A stretch of 64,000 nt of DNA, taken from positions 248,001-312,000 of the forward strand of contig NMRA01000147.1 in the NCBI GenBank assembly GCA_002633005.1. The letters are read 5' to 3'. Positions 37,620 to 49,392 of the stretch are shown here, piece after piece. The position numbers were made by a program, and so were the translations under genes. Positions within the stretch are counted from its first letter, which is position 1. Every line of letters starts with the position of its first letter. The notes beneath the pieces are model-generated. The model was given only the letters and a program-made list of their open reading frames with translations, had not been told where the DNA came from and made no database searches. This DNA is from Phoronis australis (taxonomy: Eukaryota; Animalia; Phoronida).

Positions 37620-37851
37620 GGGGTACCATAGAATCACACGCGAGAGCGTCATAATCATACACACGAACCACCAAACGATAAAGTGTTCGTGCGTGTGATT
37701 CGATGCTAGTGTGAATGTATATGATTTTGTGTTCGTAAGAATGATTTTGTGGTTCGTGAGCATGATTTTTGTTCGTATGCGTGACTGTTGAGTTCCTATA
37801 CGTGATTCAAGGGTTCCTAGGTGTTTTGTGCAAATGTTTTTATTGTACTCC
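37620..37851. mobile_element. Small MITE with GGrGTAC termini
   Basis: Ends GGGGTACCATA / GGAGTACAATA, AGA on both flanks, internal ATGATTTTGTG.TTCGT subrepeats in opposing orientation. Confidence 0.5.
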
Positions 37852-40800
37852 AGAAAATACAATATTCAAGAACACTCTGGTGTTGTGTAGCGAAACGACT
37901 TATAAAAGCGGGCAAGTATCACCACTTGCGGTTGTGATCATACAGCGAATATGAACCTTCTTTTCAACCCTTTGTTCGTTTGTAGATGCGCTTTTATCTT
38001 TCGACACGACAAAAACAATTCAGTTGCGGTCTAAATGATGGGAAAAGCATCAATAATATCACACACTTTTTGTCCCTAGGGATTTGAACTTGTATGCATT
38101 CGCTTGTCCTCTGCTGTTTTAGCTGCTGATAAATAGCTCGATGAACTGTGCATATATCATATGGAGATTCACGTTTGCTAATTAAAGTGGTCCTTGACGA
38201 ATTTATAATTAAAATACATCAAAAAGCTTGAAAAATACTGCTATCAAACTTGTCTCTCAGCAGAGCCTTTGTAGTGCATGTATATGAATGCACTGAATGT
38301 CAGAAATCAAATTTATCGACAAGCAACATTAATTTACACCAAAGACGAGTCAGTGGAGAATTCTTAGGTCGCGTTCGCTATCTACATGTACATGATCACT
38401 GACACAATATTCTCGAATCTAGTCTCAGTGTTACTAAATGAGGATGAGATACCGGTAAAATATAAAGGCCAACTCGAGTTTTAAAGAGTTCAAATGTCAA
38501 TATTGAATTTTCACACTGCTACCAAACAACTTGGTCTGTTCTGGAAAGAAAATGCCTTTTCATTCTCTGGAAGGTTGTTGTCGGGAGATTTCGATCATCG
38601 TAGATTTTATAGCGAACACATTCCCTGCAAGACAACAGATGGGGCAAACCCCCGAGAAACCAGTCCACTTAATGTGAAAAGTGCGATTTGGAAAATTCAT
38701 ACGTTTCAATGATTTTGCTCTCTTTTGCGGACATACTAAAGACACGACGAAAATCGTCACGTTTATGTTTGTATTTCGTTTCATGTCTGATGTTTATCGG
38801 CAATAGTTGGCCAAATGGCATACGTTCAATAACGTGAGACGTCACCGGCGACATTACGTTGTTTGTGCCCCGGAAGCAGAGAGAATTGCGCATATGAGCA
38901 AGGAAGTCACGATTCTCTTTTACTGAAAACGTGTGTACGCAGCTTTGGAGAGCGTTGGATGTCAATGCCATTTTTGCGAAAAATCGGGAGGTACGTGAAA
39001 ATCACGAATTGCTGCTTATTGTACTTCTTAATATTTGTTCATATCAACAGTTCACTTAGTGACTTCAATAAAGCTAGGAATATGTTTGGTATTTGTAAAT
39101 TTGTGGGAAATATCAAATTTAGCATCATGGTATAAAACACTAACCTTTCATTTTTGTATAAAGTTCACCTGTAATTAACAGGTAGATTTTACCTAGTCTA
39201 ATCCAGGACCAACTTTTTACAGTCCAACAAAAAACTACAAATCTTGATATTCCGTTGCTTTGAAACACTATAATAGCAATACATAAAAGTTCTGAATTCT
39301 TTCTTCCGAGCAACTGTTGATAAGGCGTTTGTAAGCACTAGGATTAAGACGAACACCAATCAAATGAAACATTTTGTTTCGAATCAGCACGCGATATTCT
39401 TGAGATACTCCTTGCGCTTTATTCAAAGGATTTTAAAGCAAGTTAGTTCAGTCGAAATTTAAACTCAAATAATGCTCCTTAAACACAACTCTAAATATTT
39501 TCAAACTTAACTGAATTTAATATGAATTCTTGGCTCAATTTTTATTTTTTAGGAGTGCACCACCACATAAAATGGCCGCTGTAGTGAGTAACAGGTGACT
39601 CATGCATTATGGGTACTCTCTCAACTACCGCCATATGCAAAGAGGTTTCCACTGAAACCCGCCCACTTTTTAAAAATAACTTTTAAAATAGTTAAAAAGT
39701 AAGACAAATATAAACATCGTTAATTTCAATGAGTCATCTTTCGTCTGACGAAACTCATTCTCTGTTCCATATTTATGAGCATAAAATAAAGATTAGGTTT
39801 AACGCTTAAACGCTTTATCAACAATTTTCCCAATAAATGAATATAATCTGTGGAGACTGGATATTTAAAATAAGATAAAATAGGGCATGTAATGCAGATT
39901 TGTTCCCTAACAGTATAAAACATATAAAAACTCTGGTAGCGCTGCGGGAGTAATGAGACAATGGTTAGTATAGACAGGTATGGGCAAGTGGGATACCACT
40001 GAGACGGAAATGAAAACTAACGGGAGAGGAAATGGAAATTAGATATCATGTTTCGTGTATTCCATTTCCCTGGTGGGACATAACTCCTTAGTTTCAATTG
40101 TTTAGAAATTATCATAATTTCAAAATTTGATCCTTAAAACAATGACCTAAACAGGGAGGTGGGTTACATCTGATTAATTATATCTGACTTTCATTTCCTT
40201 TCCGTCCATTTACTGCTCCCGTCTGTCTTCTATCCCATTTCCTCATGCCTCTATGTGGTCATAATTTTTCACTCACCAGACAAAGAGCATATCCGCTCGA
40301 AAACTAATTATTTGACATGTTTCATACTGTTGCGTGTTACACCTTACTTTAACATTTGTTTTCCGGAAAAAGATTCCTGGTTTTAAGGTATTATTAATAT
40401 TCGCGGGTGAATGAATGTCCAAGGATTCATTATAATCGTGATTGGTTGTTGGCATCGACTGCAAACAATAGAGAGAGTGAAATCCGAGGACAACTTCTAA
40501 ACACGTCCAAATCAGCACGCAAACTAATGACTACGTTATTCCCGATCTAAATACTTTAAAACGCCTCCTTATTTTGTCACTCACTAGCATAAAAATAAGA
40601 CATTCTAATAAGCTGCTGAATTCTTCTTTTTAGAATTTTGATTGATAAGTTGAATTGTTTGGAATGGAAACTAGACACTCTAGTTATTGCACAGAAGTTT
40701 AGCTAACAAACGCGTCTGTTTAATAGGCAAAGTAAGCTGTGAGCAACCTCACAATCTCTGCTATTCAGGAGAAACATATTAACATTTTCTACAGCCATTG

Positions 40801-41306
40801 CTATAGAATGAAAGGAGAGGCGACTTTAAAGATTTTCAATAAGGTGGATGTGACACAGACTCGGTTTCAGTTTTAATCGTCTATTGACCAACCTCGCTTC
40901 TAGCAACTTTTAATTCCCACAGAATACAATATAAATATATTTCTTTACTACCTTTTCTACAAAACAAACTCATGTGTGCCTTCTCATGTGCAACTCAAAA
41001 TTACTGAAAGGGTACATGGTCACAAGTGTTCCTCCACCTCGGCCCGCACGGCCATTTTCATCGACAAGGCCCTTTTCTTGTTAACACAGCCCTTACGAGC
41101 TGTAGTTTGCACATTGACGGTAATTCAGCTGTTACGAATCCAGTTCTTTTCCTATCAACCGCATTTAATTCCACTGCTGACAGGAGGCACTGGTTGCAAG
41201 TACTGGACCACCATGCAGCACGTGCTAGGCGTGAGCCTACGTCTGGACTACGTGCGGCAAATGAGAAAAGCATTGTATCGACACACACCAAACTGCTTTG
41301 TGAACG

Positions 41307-41545
41307 CATGGGCGCACCCAAGCCCCCCAGATTAATTGGGCAAAAAGATCCGCCTCAATGTAACAAAAAGTCCTAGCAAACGAGACAAAAGTCCACAAAG
41401 TCCACAGGAAATCGGCGCTGATGCACAATTTTTAGGCCTGAACCTAGTGGCCCCGTTTTTTTAGTCCTCGTTGATTTTTTTCAGTAGAAGGTCCGCGTAC
41501 CGAAAGATTCGAACACCCCTACATTTTAGGCTGGGTACGCGCATG
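41307..41545. mobile_element. Small MITE
   Basis: TIRs CATGGGCGCACCCA / CATGCGCGTACCCA. A related end lies at about 43818-43833. Confidence 0.55.
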
Positions 41546-42252
41546 TGATCGTGTTTCTTTTTATGAACCTGAGTGCGGAGCAATACTGTTACAAATTTTT
41601 GTTAAACAATATACACCTTCCCATCAACGACTTTTTGCGATGGCTCAATTCCAACAGCTTCATGTGGATACATTGTCACGAAACCAACGTTCTACTACCC
41701 AAGAATCATATCCCCTTATGAACTACTACATACATTTGAACCAGAGTGTTGAACATAACAGACAAACTCGCTATGAGATAACTGATGAGCAATCTTCTAA
41801 CATAAATAAAGTATTTCAACAACACAGACGTAATATGTCCACGTGAAAGATGCATTACATTCTCAATCTAATTCATAACGAATACATGTTCACTGCATAT
41901 TGGAATGACGTTCCAAATACATTATGAGAAGCTGGCCACATTCCTATTCCAATCTTCAGACATCACGATAGTTCATGAAGAAAATAAATGTTGTTTCCAT
42001 TTACGTATATGAAGTGTAGTTTTCTCAGTTGTATATCGAACTGGCATTGCGAAGTGACATCACTCTCTGGAAGCAAGCCAAACAAGCAGCGAGCGGACCT
42101 TTGGTAAAGTAAAATACTCCAGTGTCTACCTGCGCTAACAAATCGTTTATGGGACAGCAAACACTTGAGTACTGACAAAGGACATTTTTCAAGGGAACTA
42201 TCCTGTATCAATGCGCATAGTTCCGTAGTTTTCAATTGCGTTTTATGTAGCA

Positions 42253-45200
42253 TCACAATATGATCTCAACAACGCTGGTCTTTGGTCCACTTGCAGACCT
42301 CGTTCTGTGAGAAAACGACGCGTTTTTTTGATTATCGAGTGATTCCGAATACGTCCGACGTGCGTAACGACGTCGAAGATTTCCGTTAAACGCAAGGTAT
42401 ATCCACGGGTTAGTACAACTATTCAATCCACCTAAGAGTACGAAAACGATGGGAACCACGTTACCTGAAACAATAAAAATTGGCAATCTTCATCCAAAAC
42501 TGAGGCAAAATTTGCTGTTCAGTAAACGAAAGACGTTAAAGAGTTAGGACGGTGTGAGGTGTCTCGGCACTGTAGTTTAGTATTGAAAGCAAGATAGATC
42601 CACGGGTTCATGCAACTGTTTAAACTTGCAAATCGTATTAAAACGACGAAGACAGGAAAATCTGAAAAAGGAGAAAATGTGCTTTTGAAGTTTGCTATGT
42701 AAATGCATTTTAAAGATACCATTTCCTTTACTTTCCCCCTCAAGCGCAACATATCAGCAAAACGGCCATGCAATTAAAGCTGGGTTTCGCCCTGTTTCGC
42801 TGATTAAAAAGCGAAAGTTGATTAAGGTGTTTTACTTATATAAAAACCATCCCATCATATTCCTCACTGTAATAAGGTTCCATTTCCGTTACCAACTCAA
42901 GTCACAGGCGCATGCGCCATTTTCGAATTTGCAATTTTAAAGTGGGCCAACGCCAATAAACTTTTTAAATGTTTTATTAAATCGCTGATCGTTTCCATAT
43001 TCGTGTTGGTAACCGAAATAGAACTAATTGGGTGAAATACAGCTTTATTATCAAGTTTTTTAAAAAGTAAAGCTTGGTGTTAATCATTTCCATGGCCATT
43101 TTGTGGCTCGCCACAAGAAACTCAAATATTTAAAGGTGTATTGTTAAATAAGCGGCTGTTGGATGTCCGTTGAAACTAAATGGATTGTGTTGAAATCGGT
43201 TTTGTGGAAGCTTTTATTTAAAATAAAACGGAAAGGGTATCTTTAAAAATTAATGTTTGAAGGATAATTAATAGCCATTCATGCCACACTTAACTGTTAG
43301 TTCGGTTACTATACTGCATTTTGTCGTTTACGAAATATTGTCACCCAAATCTTTGTACAGAAATGTTAACCGTAGGCTTATCACTTGCGGTAAAGCACTT
43401 ATCACGGAGGGGAATTCTAGAAAGGAGGTGAACCCATACCACTCTCCTCAATACACCATACTTCGCAACCACACAAAACAATCTACAGCACGGAACCTGA
43501 ACTACAACCACGCACAGCAGCTCTTACCACGAAGAAGTGTAGTTCAGCTTGAGTGGTCGGAGACCATTTTGATTGGGTGTGATTAGAGTGGGCACACTGC
43601 TGTTCCCTTGGGTTTACCTCCTCAACTTTGATTTAAATATATAGGCCTATTAACAAGACATAAAAGTGCTTCAGGCGATCAGTGCAATGGGCCCATCTGA
43701 GCGGCTTGCGCATGTCTGATACAACGCGTAACAAGCCGCCTGTGACCCCCTTTTTTGTTTAGTCCTTCGGCTTTTTTGTCGATAAAAGGTCCAGATCGAG
43801 CCCCTCCCCATATTAAAGGCTGGGTGCGCCATGTAATTATGAACAGAAATATCGACAGAGGTTGACAGCTGGAGCAATTTGGTCTATTTCTCTCCACCAG
43901 TGCGGTCTGTCATATATGTAATGTAAAATAACTGCAATATTTGTTAATATAGTTGATATAGAGATGGTTCATGTGTAGCTTTAAAAATAATTCAAGGCAG
44001 TTTGGTGCATGTTGTACCAAACGTGCGCAGGCTGCTCACGCAGGCTCACTGCACTGATCACTTGGAACCATGTTTATGCTTTATTAAGATATAGTTAAAC
44101 CGAGCTCTGGAGTTAGAGACGCGACTCAAAGGTCCAGCAGTGTAAACCAGTGGGACTAACTCATGACCTAAGGAAGTAGACACTTATCACACTAAGACAC
44201 AATGCCTGCTCCAGCTGCAAAGCAATACTCTGTTTACATGTAAATGTTTTTGTCTTAGCTTCCGCAAGCAAACAAAAATATTATGTTGTACATGTAGTTT
44301 ACAACACATACAAGAGGAAGTTGAGAAATGCTAGACAGCTATCCATGGCTACCTGTACGTCAGGTGGCGCTCCTTGCGCCGCTTCCCACTCAACAAAATG
44401 TGCCCTCTCAAGCTGTTAGTTCAATGCGACTGTTGCTGGAGTCTCGCAGTCTAGTAGAAGAGCGTATTTCGAGATGTGACAACAAAGAAATTTAAACCAT
44501 AGAATTTTACGAAACAAGCCTTACCTCCGTTTGAAAACAACTTTGGGTTTATGGTCCACCATATATGCGTTATAAATAGTGGAGACCAACACACTATATA
44601 CGCCAGTACTACGCAAACGGTCAACTTAATTGTCTTGATTTTTGCGTTAGACAATTGTCCCACGTGCGCGCGTGGAGCGCCATCTTCCTCTTGCTTTGAG
44701 TTTCTGTTCGGCTGACTTTCTTTTCCAATCATTTGTAGCGATGCTGTTCCCATGTTATGCATATTATGTTTCGATCTCTTTTTTACACGTACTTTCGACA
44801 AACAGTTGTTGTTTTCTCGTCCCTTTTTTGTGGATTCTTTCCTGCGCATGCTCTGAAACACTGCGCGAGAAATGCAAAAATACGTCACAATCAGTATAAT
44901 CGTTGGGATTACCCATATTGACAAAGTGTACCACACTGTGAAAGCTGTTGCTGCATCGTTATTTGACGAAAAAGTCTCCCAGCAATCGTAGACACCAGAT
45001 TGAGGTGCCACCTCTTCTATACTAAACATAATCGGCATCGGAATGGCAAACAACAATGCCAGGCCCCAAGCAATAGCCACCATTGCGTGACATCGAAAAG
45101 AACTCCACATGTGCGAGGCTAGTGGGTGGCAGATGGCCAAAAATCTGTCTATCGCCGTCATACACAAAACATACGTGGACGCGTACATCGTCGTAATTTG

Positions 45201-45569
45201 TAAATATTTAACAATCTTGCAGAGTGCAGTGTTGCCTTGGAAACGAAAAGTAATGTCCCAGGCTAATTGTGGTAAGACGTTGAAAAATCCGACACAAAGA
45301 TCCGCAAAACACAAGTGCATGAAGAAATAGTACATTCGAGAGAGCTTCGCACGCCGCCACTGTCTCAGAAGTAAGGCGAGTAAAATAGAGTTACCGCCAA
45401 TGGTAAAAGCGAGGATTACTGCCTGCACAATAATCTCGATTAGTGCGATATTCTCGTCACGTCCGAGATTGTGTTTTGTTCTGTTGGTATTGGTGGAATT
45501 AAGTGTTCCATTCATATTGTCGAGAAACAAAAGGGAACTGTTCGAAACATTGAATGGTAGAGTCGTCAT
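42253..45569 (-). CDS. Vasopressin/oxytocin-family neuropeptide receptor (conopressin/annetocin/cephalotocin-receptor-like), isoform B: exons 44525-45569 + 42253-42464, 418 aa
   Basis: Motifs: GRDENIALIEI, MHLCFADLCVGFFNVLPQLAWDITFRFQG, CKIVKYLQ, YASTYVL, DRFLAICHPL, VYDCW, AKIKTIKLT, YIVCWSPLF. Donor G|GTAAGG after TM6, at the family's conserved intron position. Acceptor TTTCAG|GT gives GNVVPIVFVLLGGLNSCTNPWIYLAFN... Confidence 0.9.
42519..42661 (-). CDS. Alternative last exon (isoform A, 395 aa) of the vasopressin/oxytocin-type receptor: second TM7 and a short tail
   Basis: Acceptor TTTTCTCCTTTTTCAG|AT is in phase 1 and gives DFPVFVVLIRFASLNSCMNPWIYLAFNTKLQCRDTSHRPNSLTSFVY*. Confidence 0.75.
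42714..43242. mobile_element. Kolobok-like non-autonomous element with TTAA TSD
   Basis: TIRs AGATACCATTTCC / AGATACCCTTTCC, with TTAA at 42710-42713 and 43243-43246. Confidence 0.7.
43531..43741 (+). mobile_element. tRNA-derived SINE family B, decayed copy
   Basis: Contains GCACACTGCTGTTCCCTTG...CAGGCGATCAGTG and the tail shared with the 43995 and 52010 copies. Confidence 0.55.
43995..44212 (-). mobile_element. tRNA-derived SINE family B copy
   Basis: Shares CACTGATCACyTGGAACCATGTTTATGCTTTAT with the 53533 copy. Has an A-box-like head on the minus strand. Confidence 0.65.
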
Positions 45570-45854
45570 TTCCCTTTGAATATCTGTACTAGAAGTGTGC
45601 CGTCAAATAGTCGAGAATTTCTGAAATAAAGAAAGCATTGAACTTTAAAGAAACATTTTGTACGCCACTATTTTGATATACAACGAACTGCCTGTACTGA
45701 TTAATTTTTCCTGTCTCGAAAAACCATGTTTTTCACATACCCCTACACCTAGCATAACAATTGCTTTTGGAAAAGAGTTGATCAGAGTCAAGAAGACACT
45801 TGTATAATTCATGTGCACATACTCTTTACGTGATTTGTGAGCTTGTATTTAAGT

Positions 45855-47300
45855 AGGAGGGTGAGGGAGAAAACGATTAAGTCAGAGAGGGAACAAGTGA
45901 GTGACGGAGGAAGCGGGTGTATAAGTGCTGATGGGAAAGGGAGGGGGTACGCTATGAGAGAGTAAGTGAAGAGCGGGGGAGGGTGAATGAGATAGTGAAT
46001 GAGGAAGGGGAGTGAAGGGGGGGGGGGAGNNNNNNNNNNNNNNNNNNNNNNNNNNNNNNNNNNNNNNNNNNNNNNNNNNNNNNNNNNNNNNNNNNNNNNN
46101 NNNNNNNNNNNNNNNNNNNNNNNNNNNNNNNNNNNNNNNNNNNNNNNNNNNNNNNNNNNNNNNNNNNNNNNNNNNNNNNNNNNNNNNNNNNNNNNNNNNN
46201 NNNNNNNNNNNNNNNNNNNNNNNNNNNNNNNNNNNNNNNNNNNNNNNNNNNNNNNNNNNNNNNNNNNNNNNNNNNNNNNNNNNNNNNNNNNNNNNNNNNN
46301 NNNNNNNNNNNNNNNNNNNNNNNNNNNNNNNNNNNNNNNNNNNNNNNNNNNNNNNNNNNNNNNNNNNNNNNNNNNNNNNNNNNNNNNNNNNNNNNNNNNN
46401 NNNNNNNNNNNNNNNNNNNNNNNNNNNNNNNNNNNNNNNNNNNNNNNNNNNNNNNNNNNNNNNNNNNNNNNNNNNNNNNNNNNNNNNNNNNNNNNNNNNN
46501 NNNNNNNNNNNNNNNNNNNNNNNNNNNNNNNNNNNNNNNNNNNNNNNNNNNNNNNNNNNNNNNNNNNNNNNNNNNNNNNNNNNNNNNNNNNNNNNNNNNN
46601 NNNNNNNNNNNATGAGGGGTGCGTGTAAGTGGGGGAGGGAGTAACTAATGAGGGGTGTGTGTAAGTGGGGAAGAGAGTGAATGAGAGTAAATTAAGTGAG
46701 GGAGTGAGTGAGTGAAGTAGATGGTGTGTAAGTGCCGAGTGGGTGAGTGTGGAGGGCGTTTGTGAGTGAAGGAAGGAGTGAGTGAGTGAGCGAGTGAGGG
46801 AGTGTGTACAGTAAGTGAGTGAGGGAGTGAGCTGGGAGGGCGTGTGTAAGAGAGGGAAGGAGTAAATGAGTGTAAAGTGAGGGAGAGAGTGCATGCGTGA
46901 GTGAGTGAGTGAGTGCGGGAGAGTGTACGTGAGGGCGTTTGTAAGTGAAGGAATCAGAGAGTGAGTGAGTGAGTGAGTGAGTGAGTGAGGGGAGGGAGTG
47001 TGTACAGTAAGTGAGGGAGGGAGTGGGGGATTGAGGGAGGGTGTGTGTAAGTGAGGGTATGGTTGTGTACGTGTAAGGGTGAGAGTGATTGATTGATGGT
47101 GGGAGTGTGTGAATGAGTGAGTTGCGAGGCAGTGAATGAGGGAGGGGGAGGGATTGAGTGAGTGAGGACGGGAGGGACTGCGTGTGTGTGCGAGTGAGGG
47201 ATGGGAGTGAGTGAATGAATGACTGGTGAGCGTGATTGAGGGAGTAAGTGACTGAGTTAGCGAGTGACTGTGGGAGTGATCGAGTGTGGGGGGAGGGTAA
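45855..47300. repeat. Purine-rich (GAGT/GTGA)n low-complexity tract spanning an assembly gap, in the receptor's 5' intron
   Basis: Directly visible. The receptor coding exon has an acceptor (TTTATTTCAG on the minus strand) at about 45621-45630, so this tract is probably intronic. Confidence 0.9.
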
Positions 47301-47771
47301 GAGATTATGGATGCCATTCGGTAGTGTAACCGATGGAAACAGTTTTTTCAATGGCACCTGCACAATATGAAATCAGTTGAAATCGTTTAGTGCCCACTTT
47401 AGGATATTTGTTTTTACCCAAGTACTGATTTCTTGTTCTCATAATTTGCAGGCATTATACATGTACATATATAGCGTGAACATTGCACAAACGGGGCGAG
47501 AACTAGAAACGTGTAAGATATTTGGTTAGTGAAAATGTGTTTGATATCAATTCATTTAGAAGTTCATTAAAGCGATAGATAGGATTTTCCTCTTAATAGC
47601 ATTAAATGAATTGAAATGGCATCATTAAAATTCCATTCAAGGCGGCACGAATGGTTCATCGACAAAGAATGTGAGGGAAAGTTGGCATTCTGGAAATTTA
47701 ATTGGTGTCAGGACATAGAGTTGTGCGAATCAACGATGTAAAGCAATAGCAATGTCGGAAGATGTCGCCGT

Positions 47772-47912
47772 CATTGCCATGACGATGATGGTGATCATGA
47801 TCATGATCACCATCATCATCATCATCATCATCATCACCATCACCATCATCATCATCACCATCACCATCACCATCATCACCATCACTGTCATCATCATCAC
47901 CATCACCATCAC

Positions 47913-47943
<31 letters not shown>

Positions 47944-47958
47944 GCCCTCATCAACAAT
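47772..47958. repeat. (CAT/CAC)n microsatellite
   Basis: Directly visible. It produces the poly-D, poly-I and poly-M ORFs. Confidence 0.95.
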
Positions 47959-48930
47959 CATATCCCTTTCATAGCATTTATAGTTTCTGTTTCCCACGTC
48001 CCACGTCATCACTAATTTCTGCGCTATTCCTGTCAGTTTCATTAAATTTTTACTTTTAAAAAGGGTAGATAATCCCACGACGTCTGTCAAAAACTGACAC
48101 GTCATTCAGGCCAATTACAGTTGTAAGATTGGTCTCATTGTGTTCCTTAAGATTAGAAATGATTTTAAGGCTTAAAAAAGAATAGACAGGTGGTAACTTG
48201 GCCCGACCAGGCCTGGTAAATTGCTGGTCACGGTGGGTTGATCAGAATTAGTATATCCCAAAGTGGGCAGCGTAAAAAATATGAGAGACAAAGCCCATTT
48301 TCACAGACATACTATCAGTTTCAACAAAATTATAACTTATAATTTCCATAAAACTGCTTTTAATCAAAACTCCATCTTCACAAAGCGCGTGTAACGACGC
48401 GTTTTCCTTTGCACTATTCCCGTACATGTACAGTTATATACGCCGTATGTTTCCCGTACGCCAGTTAGAGAGTACACATAGTGTACTAAAATACAAAAAA
48501 GTTCCGTTTTCAGAAAACAGGTGCAAAAATTATCTTGAAAATTATTTGAAATTTCCAATTTCGGCAACACAATATTTTCTTTATTTTATAATTCTAAACA
48601 AACGATAAGATCTCCTAAAAGATAGGAAAAATTTCACCTGAAACCGGCAAGTGAACCACTCAGAGTTGCATAACCTCAGTTTAAGGTTATGTAGGACCCA
48701 GTAGACAAATATCCAAACATCATGTCTCAGAAATCGCTGAGCATATGAATCGTTATACAGGCTCTATTCTTCACCGAAATATGTGGTTTTACCGAGTTAA
48801 ATATTAATAGGTTTTTTGACATATTTGGCTCAATACAAACACTTGTCGTCCTAACAGACTCCTATGTACTTAACATCATTAACTGTTTTTCGACGTTGGC
48901 AATGTTCAGCGGCAAGAGGTGGGGAAACTC

Positions 48931-49392
48931 ATTGTTGAACAATAATCTAACCTTTTCTTGTAGTTGAGCGATGAGCGGTATTCACTACATTGTTGAACAA
49001 TAATCTAACCTTTTCTTGTAGTTGAGCGATGAGCGGTATTTGCTACATTGTTGAACAATAATCTAACCTTTTCTTGTAGTTGAGCGATGAGCGGTATTCA
49101 CTACATTGTTGAACAATAATCTAACCTTTTCTTGTAGTTGAGCGATGAGCGGTATTCACTACATTGTTGAACATTAATCTAACCTTTTCTTGTAGTTGAG
49201 CGATGAGCGGTATTCACTACATTGTTGAACATTAATCTAACCTTTTCTTGTAGTTGAGCGATGAGCGGTATTTGCTACATTGTTGAACATTAATCTAACC
49301 TTTTCTTGTAGTTGAGCGATGAGCGGTATTCACTACATTGTTGAACAATAATCTAACCTTTTCTTGTAGTTGAGCGATGAGCGGTATTCACT
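48931..49392. repeat. 58-bp minisatellite, 8 near-identical copies
   Basis: Unit ATTGTTGAACAATAATCTAACCTTTTCTTGTAGTTGAGCGATGAGCGGTATTCACTAC, head-to-tail with no spacers. Confidence 0.95.

Noticed and set aside
40976-41428. Cluster of overlapping 63-119 aa ORFs
   Set aside because: There is no recognisable domain or consistent splice structure, and they partly overlap a MITE.
44451-44524. C-terminus KACFVKFYGLNFF... of the 372-aa ORF as the true receptor end
   Set aside because: It is read-through into the intron after a G|GTAAGG donor. It lacks the NPxxY motif, which the downstream exons supply.
45809-48105. 502-aa and 223-aa S/L/T/H-rich ORFs and the poly-Asp ORF
   Set aside because: They come from low-complexity repeats and an N gap.
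48931-49392. Possible CRISPR array
   Set aside because: The units are contiguous with no unique spacers, there are no cas genes, and the context is eukaryotic.
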